64,000 bases of DNA from a virus, in the IMG/VR virus record IMGVR_UViG_3300022908_000002, positions 1 to 64,000 of that record; one strand, 5' to 3'. A model generated the notes under the pieces. That model was given only the letters and a program-made list of their open reading frames with translations. It did not search any database and had not been told where the DNA came from. Shown here piece by piece: positions 32,543 to 40,968 of the stretch (the stretch's first letter is position 1; each line of letters starts with the position of its first letter). Both the position numbers and the translations under genes were made by a program.

Positions 32543-32988
32543 CAGAGGGACTAAGCCTGTCCGAGCAGGTCATCATCCTGTCGAAGATGATGCAGCAGAT
32601 GAACGACCGCTTGATGATCCTTGAACGCACCGTCAACACGCTGTTTCTGGGTGGTGTCTCTGTGCCGGACAAAGACGAGATTTCTTATCAATCGCTGGTC
32701 AACGAGATAAATCGACAACCTCCCCCGAAGCGAGATGGGCAGACCGTCGAGGTCAAGCACATGATGAATAGCGACGGAAGCCAGATATTCCGCTTCCCCA
32801 TGTCGGATAAGTCATGGATTGTTATAAAACTTGATTCAGCGGGCGATATATACGAGTGTATTCGCCAGTTTGATAACGGATCAATTGGTGCATTAGATAT
32901 GCGTGATGCCGAGGCATTGATGGACACCATTCGACTGAATACGCGGCCTCTGCAATCTGACCCGTCGCTCTTTCCGGATCAAGATTGA
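32539..32988 (+). CDS. hypothetical protein (head module)
   Basis: 149 aa. GTGA overlap with portal. Confidence 0.6.
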   Translation: MTEGLSLSEQVIILSKMMQQMNDRLMILERTVNTLFLGGVSVPDKDEISYQSLVNEINRQPPPKRDGQTVEVKHMMNSDGSQIFRFPMSDKSWIVIKLDSAGDIYECIRQFDNGSIGALDMRDAEALMDTIRLNTRPLQSDPSLFPDQD

Positions 32989-33347
32989 TGGACGACACCA
33001 AGCGCGTCCACAAGTTGGACGGTTGTATGCGTGCTCTGGCTCTGCTGCGCGTGTGTTACGACCCGCTATTTGAGCAGAACACGCCCTACGGAATCATCGC
33101 CAAATTATCGGGTGATGCTTTACCGACAAGTCAGCAAATGAGTTGGTTCTACGAGTTCCTGAGCAAGCTCGACAAGACCATCAAGTCCTTTGACTTGACG
33201 TCAGGTATGCTTGTTGATGCCCGTGCATTGATGGAGAGCATCCAGCAGTTAGTAGAGGGCACAGACAAATCGCCCGATGAGGTGTTTGCATGGTGGACAA
33301 TCCGGTCGAAGCAAAGCCCAAGTACGCTGGCCGACCCTCTCCAATAA
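32985..33347 (+). CDS. hypothetical protein (head module)
   Basis: 120 aa. ATGA overlap. Confidence 0.6.
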   Translation: MMDDTKRVHKLDGCMRALALLRVCYDPLFEQNTPYGIIAKLSGDALPTSQQMSWFYEFLSKLDKTIKSFDLTSGMLVDARALMESIQQLVEGTDKSPDEVFAWWTIRSKQSPSTLADPLQ

Positions 33348-33544
33348 AACTGGCTGACGACAACAGGTGGAAGGTGTTGCGCTGCGTGTGCGATACGGTT
33401 CTCTGTCGATACAGCATCGATATGATCGGTACGATAGAAGTGCAATGTCGGCGCTGCGGGAAATACACCGTCAAAAGCGTCGAAATGGCTCATGCTTTGG
33501 GTCTGGCAGGTACGCCAGAACCTGATGCTATGATTACGCCGTAA
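33290..33544 (+). CDS. Mu Com-like zinc-finger protein (putative)
   Basis: 84 aa. WKVLRCVCDTVLCRYSIDMIGTIEVQCRRCGKYTV resembles the Com pattern iRC..C..lL.......iEi.CpRC. Confidence 0.5.
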   Translation: MVDNPVEAKPKYAGRPSPIKLADDNRWKVLRCVCDTVLCRYSIDMIGTIEVQCRRCGKYTVKSVEMAHALGLAGTPEPDAMITP

Positions 33545-33614
33545 TACGCCACTGGACCAGCGGTCAAATAGGCCCACTACGTTACGTGAACGGTCAATCA
33601 CGGGAGATGCAAGA

Positions 33615-34277
33615 GTGACGCTGACAATGCAAGAGAAGCGGGATGAGTTTCTGCTTCGCCTCGGATACGTACCGATGATGGGCGGAGCACCTGATGACGA
33701 TCCTGAACCCGAAGAGGAAGAGGAAGAGACGCCTCCAGCCAAAAGCGGGAAGAAGGATACGTACACAGCGGCAGAGGTTGAAGCAATTACGCGGGAGCGA
33801 CTTCGTCGGCAACGTGATTCGTTGAAGGCCAAGCAGGACGCGGACTTGGATCAACGCCTCGCCGAAATGAAGGCCGAGAGCGACAAGGACTTGAAAGCCC
33901 AACTCGATCTGGCCAAACAGAAACTCGAAAAGTTCGATGGACTTGTGGCTATTGTCGATAAGTACACCGAACTGGCGGATGCGCAGTACGAGGCAGAGTT
34001 TGCGACTCTCCCGGAGGCGCTCCAAGTCATGGCACCTGAATCAGATGCCGACCCGTTTACCAAGCAACAGTGGCTCACAGGAGCGCTCAAAGCCGCGAAG
34101 CTGATGACCAAGGAAGAGTCCAAGGACGGTGACACCACCGACGCCAAGGCCGATCCGAAGAAGCCAGCCAAGCCGGGATTCAATCCCAAAGACCCCAAGA
34201 TGAAAAAGGGGGAGCAGGAGCGGCTGGATACGATCCTTGCGCGCTTCCGTGGAACGGCACATTTTGACACTATGTAG
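33615..34277 (+). CDS. head scaffolding protein (putative)
   Basis: 220 aa. Acidic and coiled-coil-rich. Located upstream of the decoration and capsid genes. GGGAGA RBS. Confidence 0.6.
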   Translation: MTLTMQEKRDEFLLRLGYVPMMGGAPDDDPEPEEEEEETPPAKSGKKDTYTAAEVEAITRERLRRQRDSLKAKQDADLDQRLAEMKAESDKDLKAQLDLAKQKLEKFDGLVAIVDKYTELADAQYEAEFATLPEALQVMAPESDADPFTKQQWLTGALKAAKLMTKEESKDGDTTDAKADPKKPAKPGFNPKDPKMKKGEQERLDTILARFRGTAHFDTM

Positions 34278-34286
34278 GATGAGGCA

Positions 34287-34697
34287 ATGGCCGAGGTAAC
34301 GAGAACCGGAACCCCGACGATTTCCACACCATTTCCGGGCAAGGAACACTTCATTGTGGGCCTGAAAGCTGGCGAAGCGATTGCAGGCGGAGACGCGCTG
34401 TATATCAAGTCAGACGGATTGCTGTGGAAGGCGACGGGTGCAGCCGCGAATGCTGCCGCTCAGTGCGTTGGATTTGCTGCTATGGCAGCGTCTGTCGGCG
34501 AGTCGGTATCAGCAGCGCGCGGAGTCATGATTGGATATGGCCCAAACGTATCAGGTACGCCCACGGCGGCAGGTGCTCCACTCTATCTGAGTGGGACTGT
34601 GGCAGGTGGTCTGGCTGATGCGGCATCTACCGGAGGTACGACTCCCATTGCTTATGCAGTTGGGGATGGTCGTATCTTCGCTAAGTCGAATTGGTAG
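34287..34697 (+). CDS. DUF2190-like head decoration or cement protein (putative)
   Basis: 136 aa. Gly/Ala-rich: GEAIAGGDALYIKSDGLLWKA...CVGFAAMAASVGESVSAARGVMIGY. Located before the capsid gene. Confidence 0.5.
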   Translation: MAEVTRTGTPTISTPFPGKEHFIVGLKAGEAIAGGDALYIKSDGLLWKATGAAANAAAQCVGFAAMAASVGESVSAARGVMIGYGPNVSGTPTAAGAPLYLSGTVAGGLADAASTGGTTPIAYAVGDGRIFAKSNW

Positions 34698-34705
34698 GGT
34701 GAGAC

Positions 34706-35818
34706 ATGCCTAAACAATATGGAACCCTACAGATTCTCGACGAACTTTCTACGATTGATAACGCCAATATCTTCGAGTACGGCGAAGATGCGCTTTATCA
34801 ACACATCCGCGACATCCTCGCCGTCCACAACATGCTCACCCAAGACATCTTGGGCGACTTTGTTGGAACCACCACGGATAACATTCGTCGCTACGGCGCG
34901 TCTGCGATCACTGGTGAAATGGTCGAGGTTGATGAGTGGGGCGCTGCCGATGTGCAGAAGACCCTCGTTGCTGGATACGACATCGGCTTCCCGCTGCGGG
35001 CGTATCAGTATGCGATTGGTTGGACGCGGAAGTATTTCGAGACGCACAGCGTCGCGGATATGGCCCAGAACATTGTTGCCGCCCAGACCGCTGACATCCG
35101 GAACATCAAGTATCAGGTGACAACGGCACTCTTCAAAGCGACGAATACCAACTTTGTTGATCGTCTGGTGAACAATCAGACGTTGCCGCTGAAGGCGTTG
35201 CAGAACGCTGACGGTACCGCAATTCCGATCAATGAGTTTGGCACTACCTTCGATGGTGCAACCCACACCCACCTTGTCGGTCGTGCCGCTGGCGCGCTGG
35301 CTGCATCTGACATTACTGCGCTGGCCAACAATGTTGTCGAGCACGGGGTCAACGGTGGCGAAGTTGTTCTCTACATCAACAAGGCCAATCAGGGTGCGGT
35401 TGAGGCGTTTACGTCCAACTTCAAACCCTATCAGGCTCCGTTGCTCTCTCCGGGTGGAGGGTCTACGGCTGACGTCGTTGCTGGCGGCACCAAGGCGAAT
35501 CCATACCGACTGGACAACAAGCCGATTGGTGTCTGGGATGGGTACATCACTGTTTGGGTCAAACCGTGGGTTCCGGCGAACTACATCATCTGCCTTTTGA
35601 TTGGTGACAATTCACGAGGCGATGTCTTGCAGTTCCGGACTCGTGGTGGCGCGGCTGGTTATGGCAGTCTCCGACTTGTTTCGGATCACGACCATTTCCC
35701 GTTGCGTGCGCAACACACCGAGCGTGAGTTCGGCGTGAGCGTCTGGAATCGACTTGGTTGTGCAATCTTGTACACTAATGGCGGTCCAGCCTACACCGTT
35801 CCGACTCTGACGCAGTGA
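34706..35818 (+). CDS. major capsid protein
   Basis: 370 aa. Position follows scaffold and decoration genes. Followed by a strong hairpin. Confidence 0.7.
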   Translation: MPKQYGTLQILDELSTIDNANIFEYGEDALYQHIRDILAVHNMLTQDILGDFVGTTTDNIRRYGASAITGEMVEVDEWGAADVQKTLVAGYDIGFPLRAYQYAIGWTRKYFETHSVADMAQNIVAAQTADIRNIKYQVTTALFKATNTNFVDRLVNNQTLPLKALQNADGTAIPINEFGTTFDGATHTHLVGRAAGALAASDITALANNVVEHGVNGGEVVLYINKANQGAVEAFTSNFKPYQAPLLSPGGGSTADVVAGGTKANPYRLDNKPIGVWDGYITVWVKPWVPANYIICLLIGDNSRGDVLQFRTRGGAAGYGSLRLVSDHDHFPLRAQHTEREFGVSVWNRLGCAILYTNGGPAYTVPTLTQ

Positions 35819-35837
35819 TCGCCTAGTTGGTGATACG

Positions 35838-35886
35838 ATGAAATCGCCCCTACCACCGAATATGCGGGGGTACGGGGCGGTTTCAT
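35838..35886 (+). other. 13-bp stem-loop after the capsid gene (attenuator or mRNA-stabilising element)
   Basis: atgaaatcgcccc...ggggcggtttcat with one G-U pair. No clean U-tract. Confidence 0.5.
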
Positions 35887-35900
35887 TACAGGAGAAGACA

Positions 35901-36461
35901 ATGGCGACTGATACCCGAACCGATAGAACTGACCGCACAGACAAGAGTGGCAATCAGCCTACTCCGACACAGCAACCAGCTCCGACTCCAACAACCAAGC
36001 CGGACAATGGCGGTGATGAGTCAACGAGCCAGCCACAGGAAGACCCCAATAATCCTGTTGACCCTGTCACTAATCAGCCGATTAGCGATTTCTTCCCCGG
36101 CAGTTTGTCCGAGGACCATAAGGATGCAATCGCTGTTCAGAATCGGGCGATGAAGGGAGCCACGGGGAGTGCGAGGGTGGGTCTTGCGCAGAACCTTGTT
36201 GCGACGAGAGAGGAAGCAGCGTTGGCCAAGGAACAGGCAGACGAGAACGTCAAGTCCGTTGAGGACGAAACCAAGAAGATGTTCGACACCATGACGAACG
36301 TCCCTCCTGATCTGTACTATGCGCGCGAGAAGGCGCGTGTTGATGCGGAGGCTGCGGCCAATACATCGAGCACGACGGTTCCGGGCGGTGCGTTCAAGCA
36401 GGGCGATCAGTGGGTCAACGCAGAGGGAGAACCCGTCGAGGCCCCTGAAGACGCGGAGTAA
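35901..36461 (+). CDS. hypothetical protein with a disordered Thr/Pro/Gln-rich N-terminus
   Basis: 186 aa from ATG 35901, after CAGGAGAAGACA. Contains a TDRTDRTDRTD repeat. Confidence 0.6.
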   Translation: MATDTRTDRTDRTDKSGNQPTPTQQPAPTPTTKPDNGGDESTSQPQEDPNNPVDPVTNQPISDFFPGSLSEDHKDAIAVQNRAMKGATGSARVGLAQNLVATREEAALAKEQADENVKSVEDETKKMFDTMTNVPPDLYYAREKARVDAEAAANTSSTTVPGGAFKQGDQWVNAEGEPVEAPEDAE

Positions 36462-36463
36462 AC

Positions 36464-36916
36464 ATGAACCGTGACGAGGCTCTGAATTATCTAAAGAGTC
36501 GCTACGACACGGTCATGACTACGGCAGGACGCGGAGTTCTGGATCACGAGCAGGGATACCTGCCCGTTCTGGACTCCGCGTTCATTTCGTATATTGAGCG
36601 GTACAACGTAACCGAAACCGATATAAACAACACGACTGTTCTGGCGTCGCGAGAACAGTGCTTCCGGTTCCTGCTGGATGCCTTACTTTACGATCTTATC
36701 GTACCCATCATGGCATCACAGGCGATGGATTTCTCGGTGGATGCTCCACTGACCAGCGTCAAGACATCGCAGGCGTACAAGTCACTGAGTACAGAGCAGA
36801 GCAAAGCATGGCAACGGGCGATGAGTTGCGGCTGGGCGCAGGAGTTGTACAGCGAAGTCGGTGCCTTCAAGATCAATATGGACTTCAATGAACCGGGTCG
36901 TGGAAGTGAGTTGTAA
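36464..36916 (+). CDS. head-tail connector or completion protein (assigned by position)
   Basis: 150 aa. First of six small genes between the capsid and tail tube genes. Confidence 0.45.
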   Translation: MNRDEALNYLKSRYDTVMTTAGRGVLDHEQGYLPVLDSAFISYIERYNVTETDINNTTVLASREQCFRFLLDALLYDLIVPIMASQAMDFSVDAPLTSVKTSQAYKSLSTEQSKAWQRAMSCGWAQELYSEVGAFKINMDFNEPGRGSEL

Positions 36917-37560
36917 TGGTCCTGCCATTTTTGCCTCGTGGCATCGCACTTCAAGACGCGCTGATGACCGACAAGGCCATTATTTCGCGTAATGGCATTG
37001 TCATTGTTTCCAAAGTCAAATGTCGGGTAACGGCGAGCCGTCTGTTGACGGACACCCCTGATCCGTCAGATGCGAACACCCGAGTCATGGCGGAATGGGG
37101 CTGGACACTTCCGCTGGGGACGGATGTCGAGGTTGGCGATACTGTCGCCAAGTACGATGGTTCGTTGTCCACGATAGCCGGTGAAGTTTTGAAGGACGAC
37201 ACGTGGGCAACAGCCATTCGCGTTTGGGCGACACGTCCCAAGGATGCAGTTAGGTTGTCGCACATCGATCTGTACCGCTTTGACAACGTCACGGAGACGT
37301 GGGAGTTCGCTGGAGCCTACGATGTGCATATCCACTTCGATAGAAATATGCCCGTTGAGACGCCGCCCCGCTATGCCCCAGCCGGTATCGCGCTGACCAA
37401 GGGTGGTGTCGTTGCTGGGCCACTCGACTTCAATCCTGTGACGGGGGACAGATTTGTCCACGACGGGTATCCGTGTGTGATCACAGCGGTCATGCCGGGT
37501 CAGCCGCAGCGCGTTGAAGCCTCGTTCTCGATGGACATCAGTGGACCGAGAATGAGCTAA
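36916..37560 (+). CDS. hypothetical structural protein (head-tail joining module)
   Basis: 214 aa. TAATG overlap. Confidence 0.55.
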   Translation: MVLPFLPRGIALQDALMTDKAIISRNGIVIVSKVKCRVTASRLLTDTPDPSDANTRVMAEWGWTLPLGTDVEVGDTVAKYDGSLSTIAGEVLKDDTWATAIRVWATRPKDAVRLSHIDLYRFDNVTETWEFAGAYDVHIHFDRNMPVETPPRYAPAGIALTKGGVVAGPLDFNPVTGDRFVHDGYPCVITAVMPGQPQRVEASFSMDISGPRMS

Positions 37561-38096
37561 TGGCGCGTAACTCGTACTGGACAACTGGTCGGCGGGGTCA
37601 AGAGGACGGCTTCCTGCGCGGTGTCCAGCCGCGCATCTACTTCAAGTTCACGCCGACCAGAACGCGGCAAGACAACATCAAGCACATGAAGGCAAAGATG
37701 ATGGCCAATCTCACGCGCTCTGCGTTTGAGGCTGCGGCTGAACTAGAGGATGCGATCAAGGGGTTCGTGTCGTGGAACGATCACCCCGGTAATCACCCGT
37801 CTGACAACTGGCCCAGCCCACAGACCGCATACGAGAACATTTTTGCGACGGCTGAGGCAAATGGTGACAAGTTCAGTATCGTGGCTGGACACGGAACCGA
37901 TACGCTCAGTGAAGATAATCAGGGGAACGTCTACACCTACGGCGGTATTCTGGAGTCTGGCTATTTGGGAGAAGAACACCGGGTTATCCATCACGCATGG
38001 GAAGGCTATGCCGGTGAGGAGAACTTTGCTGACAAGTTCACCCAGATGATGACTGGCGGCATTCTCACGGGATACAAGGTGAACAATGGCAACTAA
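37560..38096 (+). CDS. hypothetical structural protein (head-tail joining module)
   Basis: 178 aa. TAATG overlap. Confidence 0.55.
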   Translation: MARNSYWTTGRRGQEDGFLRGVQPRIYFKFTPTRTRQDNIKHMKAKMMANLTRSAFEAAAELEDAIKGFVSWNDHPGNHPSDNWPSPQTAYENIFATAEANGDKFSIVAGHGTDTLSEDNQGNVYTYGGILESGYLGEEHRVIHHAWEGYAGEENFADKFTQMMTGGILTGYKVNNGN

Positions 38097-38598
38097 CCAG
38101 AAGATCATCCGTGATCGTCTTGCCAATGACTCGATACTGGGCGGATCACTCAACGGAACGAGTTACACCGGCCTTGCGCGTGGTGGCATTTATGACAAGA
38201 AGATCAAGCGTGACGGAGCCGGTGCAACCCCCTATGCGTTCGATCAATCGGCTGCTGGTGTGCTGGTCGTCAAACCTTGTATAGTCGTGCTGGATCGGGG
38301 CGACGCTCCGCATATCCAACGGGAGTCCATCCCCTCTGCGTATCAGCAGTCCATCTTGGTGTATTTCTACGCCTCTGCCACTTCAAGTGGACGAAGTGCC
38401 ATCGCAGCTATGCGAAAGCGCACCTTTGAACTGTTGGATGAGCAAGCGTCCGGTTGGATATTTCCCTCTGAGGGCGGTCCGATGGTCTTCTGCTATTACG
38501 CGGAGCGACTCGGGGTCAGAGACGATGAGGTCTTCCCGGAAGCAGTCATCGATTATCAGCGGTATCGATTGACGAGCCGCTACGCGAACATCGCATAG
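38086..38598 (+). CDS. hypothetical structural protein (tail completion module)
   Basis: 170 aa. Confidence 0.55.
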   Translation: MATNQKIIRDRLANDSILGGSLNGTSYTGLARGGIYDKKIKRDGAGATPYAFDQSAAGVLVVKPCIVVLDRGDAPHIQRESIPSAYQQSILVYFYASATSSGRSAIAAMRKRTFELLDEQASGWIFPSEGGPMVFCYYAERLGVRDDEVFPEAVIDYQRYRLTSRYANIA

Positions 38599-38607
38599 GA
38601 GCCTACT

Positions 38608-38814
38608 GTGCCAGAGAACACCAGCAATGTTGATCCAGCGAAGCGGCCTGCCGAGAACGCGGACGATCCCAAGTTGAAGAGGATCGACTTCGAGCACAAG
38701 GCAATGGCGCAGACCAAGGAGAACGGTCGGAACGACTATCTCCCCAACAATGTCGAGATTCGCTCTCCCTACGACACTGACGGCAATGCCAACTTTAAGG
38801 GAGTAGACGTCTAG
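38608..38814 (+). CDS. hypothetical protein
   Basis: 68 aa. GTG start after AGGAG. Confidence 0.5.
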   Translation: MPENTSNVDPAKRPAENADDPKLKRIDFEHKAMAQTKENGRNDYLPNNVEIRSPYDTDGNANFKGVDV

Positions 38815-38815
38815 G

Positions 38816-39223
38816 ATGAAGCCGAAGTCTCGCCTGATCAAATGGGTCGGTGATCCTCGCGCTGTTAAGGAAGACATGTTTGGTGTTCCCAATTGGCGGT
38901 ACGAGAACAGCCGGGTCATTGCGATGGAACGAGGGCACGAGCGCATCCTCCAAAAAGGCGATTGTGCGGAGCAGGAAACGTATCTTGACCGCTTCGGCGC
39001 AGAGAAGAAACGACCTGTTCCCGGCACCGGAATATCGCAGGACTACTACTTCGGTGATCACTGGGGTATGATCCAAGAAATGTTGCTTGACGACGCCATG
39101 AAGCTCCTCCGGGTGCAGGGCAGTGAGTTCAAAGACGTGACGGATGTCGCCCATCCGGAGGACGTTACTAATGACCTCTATGTTGTCCCTCGGAAGGGAA
39201 ACCCGTATCTCGCAGCAGGCTGA
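38816..39223 (+). CDS. hypothetical protein
   Basis: 135 aa. Confidence 0.55.
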   Translation: MKPKSRLIKWVGDPRAVKEDMFGVPNWRYENSRVIAMERGHERILQKGDCAEQETYLDRFGAEKKRPVPGTGISQDYYFGDHWGMIQEMLLDDAMKLLRVQGSEFKDVTDVAHPEDVTNDLYVVPRKGNPYLAAG

Positions 39224-39437
39224 CGAGATACCGATCAGATGCGATTCCCATGTGTACGGATTCGCCGCCAAAGCAACCGGAGTTCTCCGCGTTCGCTGCA
39301 AGGGTAAGTTCTGCCGCAGAGGTGAATCGAAGGTGACGTTCCACACCTTTGATCTTGCTACAGGTGAATTGCTCCGCACGGAGTATCTTCCCTATCGAAG
39401 CCCGAGCGAACTGTTAGGGCAAGGAGAACGACCATGA
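39171..39437 (+). CDS. hypothetical small Cys/His protein (second Com-like candidate)
   Basis: 88 aa from ATG 39171, with GGAGG 9 nt upstream. IPIRCDSHVYGF...GVLRVRCKGKFC. ATGA coupling to the tail tube gene. Confidence 0.45.
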   Translation: MTSMLSLGRETRISQQADEIPIRCDSHVYGFAAKATGVLRVRCKGKFCRRGESKVTFHTFDLATGELLRTEYLPYRSPSELLGQGERP

Positions 39438-39967
39438 CGTATGGCGAACTGCCATTCGGTTGCCGCGATTGCAAAGTAACCCCGTGGACCACAGGCGCTC
39501 TCGGCACCGCCGTTGACGTTCCACGTATCAGAACCGTTGAAATGAACGTGACTCGTGACTCGACCGACCTTGAAGGCGACGATGTGAAAATCGCTACGCA
39601 TACATTCGGTCGTGGTCTTGCCGGGTCTATTGAAGCAGGTGGCGTCAATGTCGCCTGTCGTATGGTCCTTGAAGGTGGCACGATGACTACCACCGGAACG
39701 AACCCTGCTCGTGTTACCACGTACAAGGTCTTGGGCGATCAAGCTGAGGGTTACTTCAAGCTGGAGTCCCAGATGTACGGCGATGATAGCGGCGATATGC
39801 ACTTCATTGCGTGGAAGGCGAAGGCCACGAACGGCCCGAACTTCTCCGCTGCGCAAGGCGAGTTTGGTTTGACCAACTGCGACATCGAGGCCATCTACGA
39901 TGACTCCGTATCGCCGTCAAGGTTGTACCATATTGTCCAAAACGAAACTATTACACCAATTGTGTAG
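39434..39967 (+). CDS. major tail (tube) protein
   Basis: 177 aa. Located immediately upstream of the chaperone pair and the tape measure gene. Followed by a hairpin. Confidence 0.6.
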   Translation: MTYGELPFGCRDCKVTPWTTGALGTAVDVPRIRTVEMNVTRDSTDLEGDDVKIATHTFGRGLAGSIEAGGVNVACRMVLEGGTMTTTGTNPARVTTYKVLGDQAEGYFKLESQMYGDDSGDMHFIAWKAKATNGPNFSAAQGEFGLTNCDIEAIYDDSVSPSRLYHIVQNETITPIV

Positions 39968-40008
39968 TTTTGTCAGGGCTGGTGCTATAGTACCGTAACA
40001 ACCCCGTT

Positions 40009-40025
40009 GGCAACGAATCGTTGCC
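40009..40025 (+). other. stem-loop after the tail tube gene
   Basis: ggcaacg-aat-cgttgcc followed by ttgct. Confidence 0.45.
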
Positions 40026-40046
40026 TTGCTCATAGGAGAGCGTACT

Positions 40047-40826
40047 GTGGTAGATCAAGCAACAGGAACACAAGGCCGGGTGGATTCTCAATTCCCCGGC
40101 CTTGACCCGTCTATCGAACTTATGTGGCGGAAGCGATCCCAAGAACGGATCGCGGAGAAGGTCAAACCCGTCACCATTGATCTACCCTCCGGTATGAAGG
40201 TCATTGCGCAGCGCATGGACCTGCGCTGGTTGTGGAAACATGATCTGATCCCTGATCCCATTCTGGCCCGCGTTGAGGAAATGATCAGCCTTATTGAGTC
40301 CGCTGATCCCAATCACGTTGCGGAAGAGATGGGCAAGCAACTCGAAGAGAATCCAGAGGAAGCCTTTTCCAACTGGTACAGCGTGCTCGGCACGGTCTGG
40401 CAAGCATGTGTGGTTGCTCCACAGTTCACATATGACCCAGACAGACGTGACGCTGAGGAACCTCCGTATCACGTTGATGACGCCGAATACTTCGACAAGT
40501 TGTACCTGTATCAATGGGCACAAGGAGTTGACCGGACGGTCATCGACTTTCTTCACGAACAGAGCGAGGCTTTGGGAGAGTTGGCAACAAACCAAAGCGT
40601 TCGGTTGTCTCCCACGTCAACTCTTCGGGTTGACAGCCGAGGAAGATTTGTGGTTAGCGATGATGGTGGATCGGGCGACGTTCCGGTGGGGGACGTTCAT
40701 CCAGAACCGAATCGAAGAGCGCGTCGAACGCGAAGCTCCACCAAGCAAAAACAAGCGACACACGGAACTGGTACCGAAGTACAAAGCACACCAGATTCAC
40801 CAGATGTTGGTGGGTCCACTGGTTGA
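40047..40826 (+). CDS. tail assembly chaperone (G-like)
   Basis: GTG 40047 after AGGAGAG. The sequence is protein-like to about aa 185; the C-terminal ~70 aa are low complexity (RRARRTRSSTKQKQATHGTG). Confidence 0.55.
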   Translation: MVDQATGTQGRVDSQFPGLDPSIELMWRKRSQERIAEKVKPVTIDLPSGMKVIAQRMDLRWLWKHDLIPDPILARVEEMISLIESADPNHVAEEMGKQLEENPEEAFSNWYSVLGTVWQACVVAPQFTYDPDRRDAEEPPYHVDDAEYFDKLYLYQWAQGVDRTVIDFLHEQSEALGELATNQSVRLSPTSTLRVDSRGRFVVSDDGGSGDVPVGDVHPEPNRRARRTRSSTKQKQATHGTGTEVQSTPDSPDVGGSTG

Positions 40827-40968
40827 ACCAGAAGAACGAGCGGCTCAGGCTGAGTTTGCGAAGACCGTCCGGAGTGGAGAGGTCGATCCGTTTGCAATAA
40901 CGATGGATGACGACGAAGGTTCGATTCCACCGCGATTCAGACGAAACATCGAAACCGGAGAGTGGTAA
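40294..40968 (+). CDS. overlapping ORF likely expressed as a frameshift extension (T-like part of G-T)
   Basis: Lies in the +1 frame relative to 40047..40826. Only the 3' part (LFGLTAEEDLWLAMMVDRATFRWG...) looks protein-like. It ends 1 nt before the tape measure ATG. Confidence 0.45.
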   Translation: MSPLIPITLRKRWASNSKRIQRKPFPTGTACSARSGKHVWLLHSSHMTQTDVTLRNLRITLMTPNTSTSCTCINGHKELTGRSSTFFTNRARLWESWQQTKAFGCLPRQLFGLTAEEDLWLAMMVDRATFRWGTFIQNRIEERVEREAPPSKNKRHTELVPKYKAHQIHQMLVGPLVEPEERAAQAEFAKTVRSGEVDPFAITMDDDEGSIPPRFRRNIETGEW

